Below are positions 31,044 through 43,593 of a DNA stretch of 64,000 nt, one piece after another. Made by a program: the position numbers and the translations under genes. The notes under the pieces are model-generated. The model was not told the DNA's origin, did no database searches, and was given only the letters and a program-made list of their open reading frames with translations. The stretch comes from Candidatus Marinacidobacterales bacterium (lineage in GTDB: Bacteria; Acidobacteriota; Vicinamibacteria; Marinacidobacterales; SMYC01), in NCBI GenBank assembly GCA_965237955.1, contig OZ250169.1, positions 1,376,001 through 1,440,000 of the forward strand, given 5' to 3'. Within the stretch, counting starts at the first letter, position 1. Each line of letters starts with the position of its first letter.

Positions 31044-31955
31044 ATGCCGAACTTGAGTGTCACCATCGCCGGCATTCACTTTCGAACGCCCCTCATCGCC
31101 GCGAGCGGAACCTTCGGCTATGGGACGGAGTATGTCGACGTCGCCGACTACGGTGCCATCGGCGGGATCGCGGTGAAAGGTCTTTATCTTGAGCCACGCG
31201 AGGGGTGCGCCCCGCCGCGCATTTGGGAAACACCGTCCGGCATGCTGAATGCGATCGGGCTCCAGGAAGTGGGCATCAAGAGCTTCATCGCTGACAAGAT
31301 GCCGCGCTTGCGCGAGCTCGACACGTCCGTTCTCGTCAACATTTGCGGCAGCAGTCTCGAAGAGTACGCGGAGCTCGCGCGGATTCTCGACGACGTCGAA
31401 GGGGTTTCCGGTATCGAGATGAATATCTCGTGCCCGAACGTTCACGAAGGCGGAATTCTTTTCGGATGCGACCCCGACATGGCTGCGCGCGTGACCGAAG
31501 CCGTCAAAAAGGAAACGAAGCTTCCCGTCATCCCGAAGCTGAGCCCGAACGTCACCGACATTACCGTCGTGGCGCGGGGCGTCGAATCTGCGGGCGCGGA
31601 TGCGCTGTCGGTGATCAACACCATCCCGGCGATGGCCATCGATGTCGAAACCAAGAGGCCTCGTCTCAAGAACATCATCGGCGGACTCTCGGGACCCGCG
31701 ATACGACCCATCGCCGTCCGACTCGTGTACCAAACGGCGCAAGCGGTGAAGATTCCGATCATCGGTATCGGCGGCATCGCGTCGCACGAAGATGCACTCG
31801 AGTTCATTCTCGCGGGCGCGTCCGCCGTGCAAATCGGCACGATGAGCTTTGTCGATCCATCTGTTTGGAGAAAAACGCTCGATGGACTCGAGGACTACTG
31901 TCGACGTCATGGAGTGGGCTCTCTTTCCGAGCTGACGGGAGCTGTCGAGACATGA
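31044..31955 (+). CDS. pyrD: Dihydroorotate dehydrogenase class 1B
   Basis: ASGTFGYG, MLNAIGL, NISCPNV, KLSPNV, GGLSGPAI. Confidence 0.95.
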   Translation: MPNLSVTIAGIHFRTPLIAASGTFGYGTEYVDVADYGAIGGIAVKGLYLEPREGCAPPRIWETPSGMLNAIGLQEVGIKSFIADKMPRLRELDTSVLVNICGSSLEEYAELARILDDVEGVSGIEMNISCPNVHEGGILFGCDPDMAARVTEAVKKETKLPVIPKLSPNVTDITVVARGVESAGADALSVINTIPAMAIDVETKRPRLKNIIGGLSGPAIRPIAVRLVYQTAQAVKIPIIGIGGIASHEDALEFILAGASAVQIGTMSFVDPSVWRKTLDGLEDYCRRHGVGSLSELTGAVET

Positions 31956-31959
31956 GCCC

Positions 31960-32652
31960 GTGAAGCCTGAGCTCATCGTTCCCCTCGACGTCGATTCACT
32001 CGACAAGGCGCTGAAGCTTCGTGACGAGCTGGCGGACGTCGTCGACTTCTTCAAGGTGGGTAAAGAGCTGTTCACCGCCGTCGGGCCGCGGATTCTCGAC
32101 GAGCTCGACGGAGCCCGAGTTTTTCTCGACCTGAAGTTCCACGACATTCCGAATACGGTCGCGGGCGCGGTCACCGCTGCCGCGCGTCGACGTGTCGACA
32201 TCGTGGATGTCCACGCGTCGGGAGGGAGGGCGATGATGGAAGCCGCGGTGTCGGCGGCTAGAAGCGTGGATTCGTCGCCGCGCGTCTTCGGCGTTACCGT
32301 GTTGACGCATCTCGATGACGATGACCTCGCCGAGCTCGGGTTCAACGATCGGAGCCGGGACCAGGTCGTGCGACTTGCCAAGCTAGCGAAAGCGAGCGGC
32401 CTCGACGGCGTCGTCGCGTCGCCGCTCGAGATCGAAGCGGTGCTCGAAGCGACCTATTGCAAGCTCGACGTGCTCGTCCCAGGCGTGCGGCCGAAGTGGG
32501 CGGCCGCAAGTCACGACCAGAAGCGAGTCGCGACACCGCAAGACGTCGCGCGTCGAGGCGCGCGCTACGTCGTTGTTGGGCGTGCGATCACGCAACATGA
32601 ACAGCCCCGCGGCGCCGCCAAGCGAATCCTAGAAGAGCTCGACCAGCCATGA
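31960..32652 (+). CDS. pyrF: Orotidine-5'-phosphate decarboxylase
   Basis: FLDLKFHDIPNTV, VTVLT, PGVR, DQKR. Confidence 0.95.
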   Translation: MKPELIVPLDVDSLDKALKLRDELADVVDFFKVGKELFTAVGPRILDELDGARVFLDLKFHDIPNTVAGAVTAAARRRVDIVDVHASGGRAMMEAAVSAARSVDSSPRVFGVTVLTHLDDDDLAELGFNDRSRDQVVRLAKLAKASGLDGVVASPLEIEAVLEATYCKLDVLVPGVRPKWAAASHDQKRVATPQDVARRGARYVVVGRAITQHEQPRGAAKRILEELDQP

Positions 32653-32906
32653 TCGACGTCGAGATCCTCACCCGGGCGGGTTGCCACTTGTGTGACGAGA
32701 TGAAAAAAGCCCTGAAGCAAGCTGCGAGTGGGTTGCCCCGTATGGAGGTTCAACTAAAGGAAACCGACATCGACACCGACGAAGAGCTCACCGCGAGATA
32801 CGGCAACGACATCCCGGTGTTGTTCGTGAACGGAAGCAAAGCCTTCAAACACCACGCCACTGTCCACGAGCTAGAAAAGCGCCTGCTGATGGCCCGCCAC
32901 CGCTGA
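32649..32906 (+). CDS. Glutaredoxin-like (DUF836) protein
   Basis: GCHLCD, DID..EL..RYG..IPV. Confidence 0.85.
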   Translation: MIDVEILTRAGCHLCDEMKKALKQAASGLPRMEVQLKETDIDTDEELTARYGNDIPVLFVNGSKAFKHHATVHELEKRLLMARHR

Positions 32907-32935
32907 CAGGCCTTCGCGGGTCGATGGGGGAAACC

Positions 32936-32978
32936 AAAAAAAACGCCCCGTGGCGGCCGCGCGCCACGGGAAGTTTTT
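32936..32978. terminator. Bidirectional intrinsic terminator
   Basis: A-run, cccgtggcg/cgccacggg stem, T-run, between convergent pyr operon and pal. Confidence 0.7.
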
Positions 32979-32985
32979 GCCAGAG

Positions 32986-33546
32986 CTATCTCTTCGCGTC
33001 GATCTTAAAGTGCGCGCGCCGGTTGCGCTGGTGGCAGCTTTCAGTTTCCTCGGGACACAGCAGGAGCTCCTCGCCAAAGGATCTCATCTTGAGCCGGTTG
33101 GCGGGAATTCCCAGCGACTGAAGATACTCCATCGCAGCTTTGGCACGCCTCTCACCGAGGGCCAGGTTGTACTGATCGGAACCCTGGCTGTCGCAGTGGC
33201 CTTCGACCTGAATGACGACCTTGTTGTAGCTGAGATTGAGCCAGTCGGCGTTGTTCGACAACGCTGTACGTGCGTCCTCGCGTAGCGTGGACTTATCGAG
33301 GTCGAAGTGCACGTCGCTGAGGTTCCGCTGCAGCTCCGTGACCGTGGCACGCTGAAACAGCTCAGCTTCCGTCGGTTCCGGCGGCGGTGGCGGTGGTGGT
33401 GGCGGCGGTGGCGGCGGAGGTGGCGGTGGCTCCTCCGCAGGTGGTGGCGGTGGCGGTGGCGGCTCCTTGCCGCAACCGGCCAACCCCAAGACGAGAGTGA
33501 GAGCAAAGACGAGCAATCCCAGGGAGGCTATCCAAGATCTTTTCAC
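32986..33546 (-). CDS. pal: Peptidoglycan-associated lipoprotein with poly-Pro linker
   Basis: GGAGG RBS, lipobox LAGC, EGHCD, YNLALGERRA, NRRA. Confidence 0.9.
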   Translation of the reverse strand: MKRSWIASLGLLVFALTLVLGLAGCGKEPPPPPPPPAEEPPPPPPPPPPPPPPPPPEPTEAELFQRATVTELQRNLSDVHFDLDKSTLREDARTALSNNADWLNLSYNKVVIQVEGHCDSQGSDQYNLALGERRAKAAMEYLQSLGIPANRLKMRSFGEELLLCPEETESCHQRNRRAHFKIDAKR

Positions 33547-33758
33547 GTACTCACCTCCTGCGCGGTTTTCGATCGCGCTTCTCGAACCATCGCGCAGTAC
33601 CTTAGTTTGAATTGTCGAGAAGCGTTTCAACTGATTGAGCCAACGAGGCAGGACCCTCAACTGGCGCGATAGTCTAATCGCGTGAACTGCAACTTGTCAA
33701 CAATAGGGGGAAAAAAGACGAGCCGTAACCCCCCCCGCGGTTCGCCGTGGTTGCGTGT

Positions 33759-34250
33759 TCAGGCGACCTCATCGAGAAAGTATCGGTGGACGCGGGTATC
33801 CGTCGAAAGCTCGGGATGGAAGGTACTCACCAGGATTCGTCCCTCGCGGGCGAGAACTGCTCGCCCTCGGTGTTTCGCGAGCGTGCGAACCTCGGCGCCG
33901 GTGCGAGAGATGACAGGCGCTCGAATAAAGACCATGGGCACCGGCTCGTCGCCGAGCTCCGAACACGGCTCGAAGCACTCGTGACTATCGATTTGCCTGC
34001 CGTAGCCGTTGCGCTCGACGTCGATGTCCATGAAGCCGAGAGAGCCTTGTGATGGTTTGGTCACTCTGCGCGCCAGGAGGATTGCGCCCGCGCACGTGCC
34101 ATAGAGCGCACCGCCAGCTTCGTAGAAGGCGCGGAGCGGTTTGATCAGGTCTTCCTCCTGTATGAACTTGAGCATCGTCGTGCTCTCACCCCCGGGGAGG
34201 ATGAGAGCACGGAGCCCTCGAGCTGGGAGGCTTTACGGATCGGATGCGTC
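33759..34250 (-). pseudogene. pdxT: 5'-truncated second copy of pdxT (left island boundary)
   Basis: Aligns to 47150-47638; lacks the N-terminal GVLALQG and has a 1-bp deletion near 34214. Confidence 0.9.
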
Positions 34251-34269
34251 CCCAATTTCGTGGAAAAAG

Positions 34270-34547
34270 AATGGCGCTCCTCCACTTCAGTTTCTCCGCT
34301 CCGCATGCCGAACACTTGAGCCGGGCAAAGCCCGCTTCTGCGACGCCACAATCTAGGTAGCGCGCGACGACGGTATCCACGAAGCGGCGCCAGTAACCAT
34401 ACTTTTTTTCGAAGCGCTCATCCCCAGAGAGCTTTCACATCCTTCGTAGTACAACTCGACGAGCTGATACAGGCGAGTGGCCCGGACATCGCGGGGACGG
34501 TACAGCCGAGGTGGGTCGAGAGCGGCGGAGGATGTGGCCAGGCCCAT
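34270..34547 (-). mobile_element. IS91-family transposase N-terminal zinc-binding fragment, frameshifted
   Basis: YRPR...LYQLV...YLDCG...GFARLKCSACG spread over three frames. Confidence 0.75.
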
Positions 34548-35004
34548 AGGGCCTGTCCATCGGCGAAGTCCATGCCAGCGCTAGCTCGCTCCTTGGTGCG
34601 AACGTCAAGCGCAAACCGGTTGAGGCGCATGAGTCTTTACGGGCGGTAGTGGGAGCGTTCAAACGGATCGTCAACAAGCGTTGACACCGGGCTGGCGCCT
34701 TTGTGGCGTAAACCGTGGTAAGTGCTGGGCGCCGGTTGCTTGGGCTCGGCGAGTTTGGTGCAAAACGCTCCAGACTCCCGCGCCGAGGGCCACGACGATC
34801 GCCATGGCGAGAACGAACGGGGGAGGGAAGGACGGTGTTTCCATTGACCCACCCATGAATCTGTGGCAGTCTTCCCTTGGTTTTTGCGGCTGATTCCACC
34901 CGGAGAACTTCGCAAGCAGCCGCGGCGGGGCATATTGGCGGTTTGTGCCCAACCACGAAGTTGAGGAAACGCTTCCGGCACAACGCACGACGTCCACTTC
35001 AACC

Positions 35005-36449
35005 GGAGATGCCCCTGAGATAGTTGAAGGTTAGGAGTGGCGGCTCCTAAGGCCGGGTTCGATAGAATCCGGCTGTGAAGGAAAAAGAAAGGAGCCACCA
35101 CGATGTCAAATTACCAAATCATCGATGCGAAGAACAGGAAGAAGCTTCGAGAGATACTGAGCTCGAAGGGGCAAGCTCTGTTGCCGTTCTTGGATGCGAT
35201 TGAGCGAACCGAGATAGCGATCGACGAAGTGATCGACGTTGCTGGCCGAGCGACGATCGAAGCGGTCTTGGATCTGTCAGCCCAAAGTGTGGCTGGGGAG
35301 AAACACCCGGGGAAGAAGGGTAGCGATGTTCGCTGGCACGGCCGGCAGGGTGGCGTAGTAAGCCTTGCGGAGCGGAAGTTGAGAGTGAGCCGGCCACGTC
35401 TGCGGCGTAAGGGAAAGGCAGAGGGAGGGGAGGTTGCGATTCCTGCCTACGAAGCGGTGAACAACTCGTCTCGGCTGAGCCAACGCATCTGGGAAATCCT
35501 GATGCTGGGTGTGTCGACGCGCAAGTACGCGTCGGTTCTTCCCGAGATGGCGGAGACGGTAGGGGTTAGCAAGAGCGAGGTGAGCCGTGAGTTCGTGGAA
35601 GCAAGCGCGGAGCAGTTGCAGGGGCTGATGGAGCATCCGCTGGACGAGCTGGAGATCGCGGTCGTGTACCTGGACGGGATTCGCTTCGGCGAGCACCACG
35701 CGCTGGCGGCAATCGGCGTAGATACAGAGGGATACAAGCATGTTCTGGGGCTTCGGGATGGAGCATCGGAGAACCAGATAGTGTGCAAGGCGCTGCTGGA
35801 GGACCTGGTCGAACGAGGCCTGAGCCCAGAGCGGTGTCGGCTGTTCGTGATCGATGGCTCCAAGGCGCTACGGGTCGCCGTCGACGCTGTGTTCGGTACC
35901 CACAACAAGGTCCAGCGTTGCAGGAAGCACAAGGAGCGCAATGTGCTCGGTTATCTGCCGCAGGAGCTGAAGCCGCAAGTGCAAGCGAGCCTGCGTTCGG
36001 CCTGGCAGCTCCCAGCAAAGAAGGGCAAAGAGCGGTTGGAGCAACAGGCGAAGTGGCTCGAGGACGACTACCCCTCGGCGGCGGAGAGCATCCGGGAGGG
36101 GCTTGACGAGATGTTCACCATCAACGAGCTCGACCTCCCCGCATCTCTGAAACGCTGCCTTGGATCGACGAACATCATCGAGTCGTGCTTCAGCGGTGCG
36201 CGAGGTCGTACCCGTCGCGTCACCCGCTGGCGCAATGGCAAGATGGTTCTGAGATGGGCCGCTTCGGCTCTGCTCGCCACGGAGAAAAATTTCCGTCGTA
36301 TCATTGGATACCAATCGCTACCGATCCTCGAAGCGAAGTTAGCGGAGGTCACTGAGAATCAAGCGCTCGACAAGCACGCCAAAGTCGGGTAAACCATGTG
36401 TCAGGAGCCGCCACCACCTCGAACCTTCAACTATGGTGGGGGCACCTCC
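35005..36449 (+). mobile_element. IS256-family insertion sequence, transposase 35103-36392
   Basis: GVSTR, YLDG, IDGSKAL, QRCRKH, TNIIES; TIRs ggagatgcccctgagatagttgaagg / ccttcaactatggtgggggcacctcc; 8-bp TSD CTTCAACC (34997-35004, 36450-36457). Confidence 0.95.
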
Positions 36450-36971
36450 CTTCAACCGGGCAGTCTATGGCACGCGTTTACATATCTTCGACGTTCGAAG
36501 ATCTTGGGAGGGAGCGTGCCGCCGCCGCCATGGCCCTAAGGCGTCTCGACTGTCACCCAATCGCCATGGAAGACTACGTGGCTTCCGACACTCGGCCGCT
36601 TGAGAAGTGCCTGGATGATGTTCGGAACTGCCAAATCTATCTCGGCATCGTCGCGCGGCGTTACGGATATCGTCCACCGGATCACGACAAGAGCGTCACC
36701 GAGCTCGAGTATGAGGAGGCGCTGAAGGCTGGTCTCCCCTGTCTCATTTTCCTCCTAGCCGACGACGCGGCTTGGCCGAGCGAGTGGATCGATACGGGTA
36801 AGGACAAAGCTTCTGTCGAGGCGTTCCGGCGCCGGCTGCGTAGGAGACACACCACGAGCTACTTCAGCGAGACCCCGAAGCTGGAGACGTTGGTCACCAC
36901 CGCTGTCGCCCTACTACAGAATACCGTTCGCCCGCCGCGGATCGTGATCCCTCCGCTGCTTCCGTACCTAA

Positions 36972-38248
36972 GTAGTCTTTTTCATAAGTACAGTGACGTA
37001 TATTTAAGTTGCTGAAAGAGCGCCTCTCTGGCATGATTCTGCCCATTGGAGCAGATAAATGCCTAGAGAATCGCCGTTTGACATTGAGTTGACCGTCGAC
37101 GAGCACGATATCCTTGAAGAAACAGCCAGAGCATATACGTCACCGTATATCGATGTTGTTCGTGCAAAGATCATTCTGTATGCCGCCGAAGGCCTGACGA
37201 ACAAGGAGATTGGAGAGCGCCTCGACACTCCGCGACAGATCGTGAGCAAGTGGCGGAAGCGTTTTTTCGACCAACGCCTGGCAGGGCTGCAAGAGCAGCC
37301 CCGCCGGGGGCGGCCCGGCCAGTTTTCCCCCCTCCGTCGTCGTCGCCGTAAAGGCTCTCGCGTGTGAGTTGCCGCACCAAACTGGACTGCCGCTCTCACG
37401 ACTCAGCACCGCGGACCTCCGTCGAGCCGCGATCGACCGTGGGATCGTGGCGAACATCGGACAGACGACCATCTGGCGTTGGTTGAGTGAGGACGCCATT
37501 AAGCCCTGGACCCATCGTAGCTGGGTGTTCCCGCGCGACCCGGACTTCGAAGCCAAAGCAGCTCCCATTCTCGACCTCTACCAAGGACGTTGGCGTCGTA
37601 AGCCCTTCTCTGGAAACGAGTTCGTCATCAGCGCCGATGAGAAACCCCGTATCCAGTGCCGGCTTCGCACATACCCGACGACTTCGACGGCTCCAGGGCG
37701 GCCGATGCGCATCGAGCATGAGTACTCTCGTGAAGGCACGGTGAACTACCTTGCCGCATGGGATGTTCACCGCGCGAAAGTCTTCGGTCATTGCGAACCG
37801 AAGAGCACGATCGTCTCCTTCGAGCGCTTCGTCGGGCAAGTCATGCGTCGCAAGCCCTATCGCACCGCGAAGCGAGTCTTCTGGATCGTCGATAACGCTT
37901 CCATTCATCGCGGCAAAGCTTCTGTCGAGCGCTTCCGGCAACAGTGGCCTAATTCCGTACTCGTTCATACCCCAACCCATGCCAGCTGGCTCAATCAAGT
38001 CGAGATCTTCTTCTCTATCGTTCAAAGAAAGGTCCTCACCCCGAACGACTTCTTGGCACCCGACGACATCCCTTTCCATCTTTCCAAGTTCGAACGCTAC
38101 TACGAGGACATCGCTCGACCCTTTCAATGGAAATTCACCCGCAAAGACCTCAAACAGCTGATGAAACGCCTTGCCGTATACGAACCTCGTCTTGCTTCCG
38201 CCGCTTGACCGTTGAAAAATACGTCACCGAACTTTCGGGATAGCGTAC
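36972..38248 (+). mobile_element. IS630-family element, orfA 37059-37367 and orfB 37369-38208
   Basis: HTH (WRKRF...GL...PRRGRP), DEK, DN, ASWLNQVE; frame change at TTTTCCCCCC; ends GTA...TAC flanked by duplicated TAA. Confidence 0.92.
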
Positions 38249-39108
38249 TAAGCGACCGCAGCACGCAACATTTTGAGCTGCGGCAAGCCCTGACCCGGCA
38301 TCAACATACCAAACTGCGGCGTCCCATGGTCGTCTTCGTGCACGGTGACGAGCGGCAAGCTCATAGTGCGTTCATTCAGAGACTTCAAGAGGTGATTCTT
38401 CCCGAGCTGTTGCGACTCGATCCAAAGACGCACAAGATTGATCGGTTGCTCGTCCGATGGAGTGAGCCGTTAGCCAACCTGCAACAGCGCAAGGACCGCC
38501 TGCAGCTGCGTTTGACTGAAGCGCTCAAGCATCTTCGCTCCGGCGCGTCCACGGATTATCGTCCCTGGTCTAGTCGTGAACTCGCAGTGCAACTCGCGAG
38601 ACATCAGTGCCCCGTGATGGTCTGGTCTTCCGTTCTTAGTAGCGACTGGCAGTTCAACGATCCGAGGCTCATCGAAGAATGGCTCTCCGCTTGGTCCGCC
38701 TGGCCCGATCTCCCCCATGGCCAGCTGTTGATGATCGTTCTGAGCATCCTTTACAGGGACGTTTCGCAATTCGGCCTTTTGAGACGTTGGAAGGTCCGCA
38801 AACGAAATGAGGCTATCGAATCGTTCTTAACGAAGCTTGGCTTCTCGAAGCTCTCCGGAATTTCGGGCGTCACCCTGGAGCGTCTTGAGGGGGTGAGCGA
38901 GACGGACGTGCTTCTCTGGATCGACGACCAGCTTGCCGAGTTCGCTCGTGAGACGAGGGCCGTGGACTCCGCGCCCCGCGTCATCGCCGAGAAACTCACA
39001 CCCTCGGTGCGTGAGTTCTTCGCCAGCTCGAAAGAGCTGAGCGAATCAGGAGGTGTCCCCATGGAAACCCTCGCGATCGCTTTGCGGCGCCAGCTCGCGG
39101 AATGCCTA

Positions 39109-39235
39109 GTCCCCTGGATCTTTGATTACTATACAAAGTTAGGCTTTTCGCCAGCCCATAATATTCATAAGATTCATGCACTTAGAAGTGTTTCGGCAAG
39201 CTCTGCTTTATCTAGTTTGTTCTGATACAGGGGAC
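39109..39235. mobile_element. MITE-A copy 1 (127 bp, IS630-derived)
   Basis: cTA-GTCCCCTGGATC...GATACAGGGGAC-TAg; near-identical copy at 43917-44043. Confidence 0.9.
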
Positions 39236-39258
39236 TAGCCGAAGGAAGGCAGTGAACG

Positions 39259-40254
39259 ATGGCAGCCTGGTATCGCGGCGCGGGAGTACGGGAGGCGGCG
39301 GAGGCTCGCATGGAGCTGCCAGAATCGTTACTCGAGCACCACAACGACCCGGTCGGATATATCGCGGATCCCGGCCTCATCGATGCCGTCAACGTTGCGC
39401 TTCATTTGGGGCAGCCGCTCCTCGTGACCGGGCAGCCCGGCACGGGTAAGACGCAACTTGCATACAGTATTGCTTGGGAGCTCGGATTGGAGCCGCTACT
39501 CAAATTCGAGACCAAATCGACAAGCGTCGCGCGGGATCTCTTCTATACCTACGATGCGCTTGGCAGGTTCCACGCTGCGCAGGCGGGAAACGGTTCCGAC
39601 GATGTGCTCGACTACTTGCGATTCAATGCGCTTGGGCTGGCCATCATCAGGGCCAACGAGGCCCAAGACGTGCGACACGTGGTAAAAGACTCGGCCAAGC
39701 TCGGCAAGCCGTGCCGGTCCGTCGTCCTCATCGATTAAATCGACAAGGCACCGCGCGATTTTCCCAACGACGTTCTCAATGAACTGGAAGGCATGTACTT
39801 CAAGATTCCCGAGCTCGGAAACGTCAGCGTGACAGCACGCCGAAAGTTGCGCCCGGTGCTCGTACTCACGAGCAATACCGAGAGAGATCTAGCGGAGGCT
39901 TTTCTCAGACGCTGCGTTTTCTATCACATCCCGTTTCCGGACGACAAACGTCTAAGGCAGATTGTCCACTCCCGACTGGCCGAGGCGATCGCCGGCGATT
40001 CGGGGGTCCTCGAGGCTGCCACGGAGATCTTTCAACGGTTGCGCGACCCGTCGGCGGGACTTTCGAAACAGCCCTCGACTGGGGAGTTTCTAGCATGGCT
40101 GCGCATTATCAAGCCTGGATCTGACGGGCGGCCTCTGGAGCTGGCTGATGCGACCATGATCGAGCCGACGCTCTGCTCGCTTATCAAGACAGTCGATGAC
40201 CGCCCGAAGGCGCGGGAGCTGCTGCTGGAATGGCTGGAGAGCAAACGAGAGTAA
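39259..40254 (+). pseudogene. MoxR family AAA+ ATPase with TAA at the Walker B Glu (39736-39738)
   Basis: GQPGTGKT, DLFYTYDALGRF, VVLID*IDKAPRDFPND, TSNTERDLAEAFLRRC; both halves in one frame. Confidence 0.9.
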
Positions 40255-42410
40255 GAGAGTCGCCCGACGGCGACCGTCTTTTCGAGTTTTTGGACCAGCT
40301 CCGCCTGGCCGGCTTTCGCATCGGAATCCGGGACTACATCACGGCTCACAGGGTGGCTGCGGCGTGCGAGGGGAAATCGGGTCAGACCGATCCGACCCGC
40401 CTTCGAAATTGGCTGGCGGCCGTGCTCTGCACCAACGCGGAGCAGCAAGACGAATTTCGTCGGCGTTTTCGCGATTGGTGGAATTCGCTCGGCCCGCCCG
40501 AGCCGTGCGCACCGCCTCCCGAACCATGGCGCGATACCGAGAGCGAGGCCATCGTCCGGAGGTCGAATCGCTCGAAGCGAACGGCTATCCAGAGCGTGAT
40601 CCTTGGCGCGCTCGTCCTCGCTGTCTGGATCGTGTATCCGTCGAAAGACCCTGCCCGCGAGGACGCGCCACCAATAGCCGACGAGACCGTAGCGGGCAGG
40701 CCAGCGATAGCCGAACGAGCGGCGACTCCGGATTCCCGGATCTCCGTGCTGGTGGTCGACTCCGACGGAAACCCTATACGTGCGGCTACCGTGTTCGTTG
40801 CAGCCGTCGGCAGCCCCGAAAATGAGTGGGTGTCGCAAGAGACATCGAACTCTGGCGAGGTCATCCTGCCTCTCGAGCCGACGCGGGGCACGAGCGCGCT
40901 TCACGTTAGCCATGTCGACTACTGGCCGCCGAATCCCTACGTGGTTTCCGAGGGCCCGGGTCGACTATCTCTCGACGTTGTACTGACCCGACGAGGCAAC
41001 ACTTGGACCCGATGGCTTGTTCGATATCAAACGAAACTCCAACTCGTCATGATGACGTTACCGCTCCTTCTCGCCGGCTGTTGGTGGAGGTGGAAGCACG
41101 CGCGGCGCGCGCTGATCCTCGAACGGCGCACCGTTCGAGGCAACCGGGAACGGGCAGACGTGGGTTTGCCGGAGCCTCCGCACCGCCTATACGAAGGTGG
41201 TGCGTTTCTCGAGGCCCGGACCGAAGCGCGGCGCTATCGCGGTACCGGTTTTGGCGACCTTGATATTGAAGCGACCGTCGAGCAGACAGTAAGTCACGTG
41301 GGCTGGTACTCACCTGCTTACCGCTCTCGCCTCGGTCTTCCGGCCTACTTGGCGCTCGTGGATCGCGCCGGGTTTCGGGACCAACAGGCTCGGCTAGTCG
41401 ACGAGTTTCTCGACCGCCTCGTCGAAGGAGGTGTACCCGTCGTTCGTTGTTCCTTCGACCGCGACCCGCGGCTGGTTGCCGTTTCGTCACGAACGGACAC
41501 CAAGCAAGTAAGCCTGCGTCGGCTGGCTTCCGCTAACGCCGATCACACTCTGTTGATGTTCAGCGACGGCGCGGGGCTTTCGGACCCGGTTACCGGGCGC
41601 CTCGCGAGCTGGACCGAGCTCTTCGCGTTTTGGAACGAGCGCGCCTTAATGACACCGACTCCGGCGGTTCATTGGGGATGGCGAGAGGTCGACTTGTCGC
41701 GGGCCGGCTTCGGTGTTCAGCCGTTTTCACCGCAATGCTTACAGCTATTCTTGCGGTCGCTGCAATTGTCAGACGGCGCGTATCCAACGCGAGCGCAGTG
41801 GCGGCCACCGTTTCCCGAGATCTTCGCCGAGCGTCCGGCGCGCTGGCTCGACCGGAACGAACTTCGACCGGATGAGCTGGAAGAGCTTTGCCGTCAGCTG
41901 CGCGCGTACCTGGGCGAGGACGGTTATCGCTGGCTCAGCTCGCTCGCGGTCTACCCGGCGCTCGAGTGGTACCTGACGCTCTCGTTGGGGCTAAGTTTGC
42001 GCCGGGTCGATGGCTCGCCAGCGCTGGATGAGGAAAGGCTCCTCAGACTCACGCGGCTGCCCTGGCTGCGCCAGGGCTTCATGCCCGACTGGCTCCGTCT
42101 TCGGCGCATCTCGGGGCTTGACCGAGACGACGAGGAGACGGTACGTGTCTTTCTCAGGAAACTACTGAGCGCGCAAGTTGAACCCGAGGGAAGCCGGTTC
42201 CGCCTTGAATTGGCGCGACCACCCGACGTCAAGAAGCGACGGAGCTGGAAACGCTTCTTTGTCGACTTGCTGCGCGCGGAACCCGCGGATAGTCCGCTCT
42301 TGGACTATGTCTTCGTCACTTTTCTACTGGAGAAAAAGCCCCAAAAGCTCCATTTGCTGGCGCCCCGGAGCTGGCATCGCTGGGTGTATGAACGGGGCCT
42401 GCGCACTCTA

Positions 42411-43593
42411 GTCCCATGGAACAGAAAAAGCTAGACAACACCGGCCCTTCTGTGATCTGCTAAATGCATGAAACACAAGGGCCGGCGAAAAGCCGAATTG
42501 AAGCTGTCGTCTCAAGAAAGCGAAGCGCTGACGCGACTGGCGCGACGCAGCCGTAGTTCGCCGCACCAAGCCTTCCGAGCGAAGATCGTGCTGGATTGCG
42601 CGGCGGGTCTGACGAATATGGAAGTTGCTAGGAAGATGCACACCATGAGGAGCACGGTGGGCAAGTGGCGAAGACGCTTTGTAGAACAACGAATGGAAGG
42701 GTTGTACGACGAACCTCGGCCGAGAGCGGCTCGCAAAATCGGCGATGACCAGATCGAGGAAGTCGTGACCAAGACGCTGGAGACGACTCCAAAGGGGAGA
42801 ACCCATTGGAGTACGCGCTCGATGGCCAAGCATCTTGGGCTGAGTCATTCGACGATTGGACGTATTTGGCGAACGTTCGGGCTTCAACCGCACCGCTCGG
42901 AATCGTTTCGTCTCTCGCAAGACCCACAACTGGTCGAAAAAGTACGCGACGTTGTTGGCCTGTATATGAACCCACCGGATAACGCGGTCGTCCTGTGCGT
43001 CGACGAGAAATCGCAGATTCAAGCGCTCGAGCGTGCTCAACCTGTCCTGCCCATGAGCTTGGGCCAGCCCGAGCGACAAACCCACGACTACATTCGGCAT
43101 GGAACGACTGACCTGTTTGCCGCACTCGACGCCGCAACAGGTGAAGTCTTCGGAAAGTGCTACGCGCGACATCGAGCGCTAGAGTTCAAGAAGTTCCTCG
43201 CTGAGATCGAAGCAGCCGTTCCCAGCGAGTTGGACATCCACGTCGTGCTCGACAATCTCGCCACGCACAAGACACCGGCGATCAAACGCTGGCTTTCCAA
43301 GCGACCTCGGTTCCACTTTCACTTCACACCGACACACGCCTCTTGGCTCAACTTCGCTGAGCGCTTCTTTGGCTTGCTCACCGAACACGCCTTGCGACGA
43401 GGCTCGCACACGAGCGTGCCTCAGCTCCGCGTTGCGATACAAGACTATCTCGATGCTCACAACGAGAACCCAAAGCCGTTCAAGTGGACGAAATCCGCCG
43501 ACCAAATCCTCGAAACCATCGCTCGGTTCGCCCAGCGAACGCTCGATACACATGGCAAATCGAATTTGGACAGTAATTAAAGATCCAGGGGAC
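42411..43593 (+). mobile_element. IS630-family element with intact transposase 42468-43580, inserted at CTAG
   Basis: [25 protein letters not shown]; TIRs GTCCCATGGA.../...TCCAGGGGAC; TA duplication. Confidence 0.95.

Larger units (their letters stand above)
36467..39255 (+). pseudogene. DUF4062 effector fused to iSTAND (inactive STAND NTPase); split by IS630 and a MITE; ~459 aa restored
   Basis: YISSTFEDL..ER, SVTELEYEEA; removing the IS gives LLPYL-SDRSTQ...RPMVVFVHGDE; removing the MITE gives ECLAEGRQ* ending 3 bp before moxR. Confidence 0.78.

Noticed and set aside
33377-33462. GGC/GGT trinucleotide run
   Set aside because: Encodes the poly-proline linker of Pal
34681-35004. Possible N-terminal extension of DUF4062 upstream of the IS256
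   Set aside because: In frame for only about 40 codons back to a TGA at 34891; no recognisable domain
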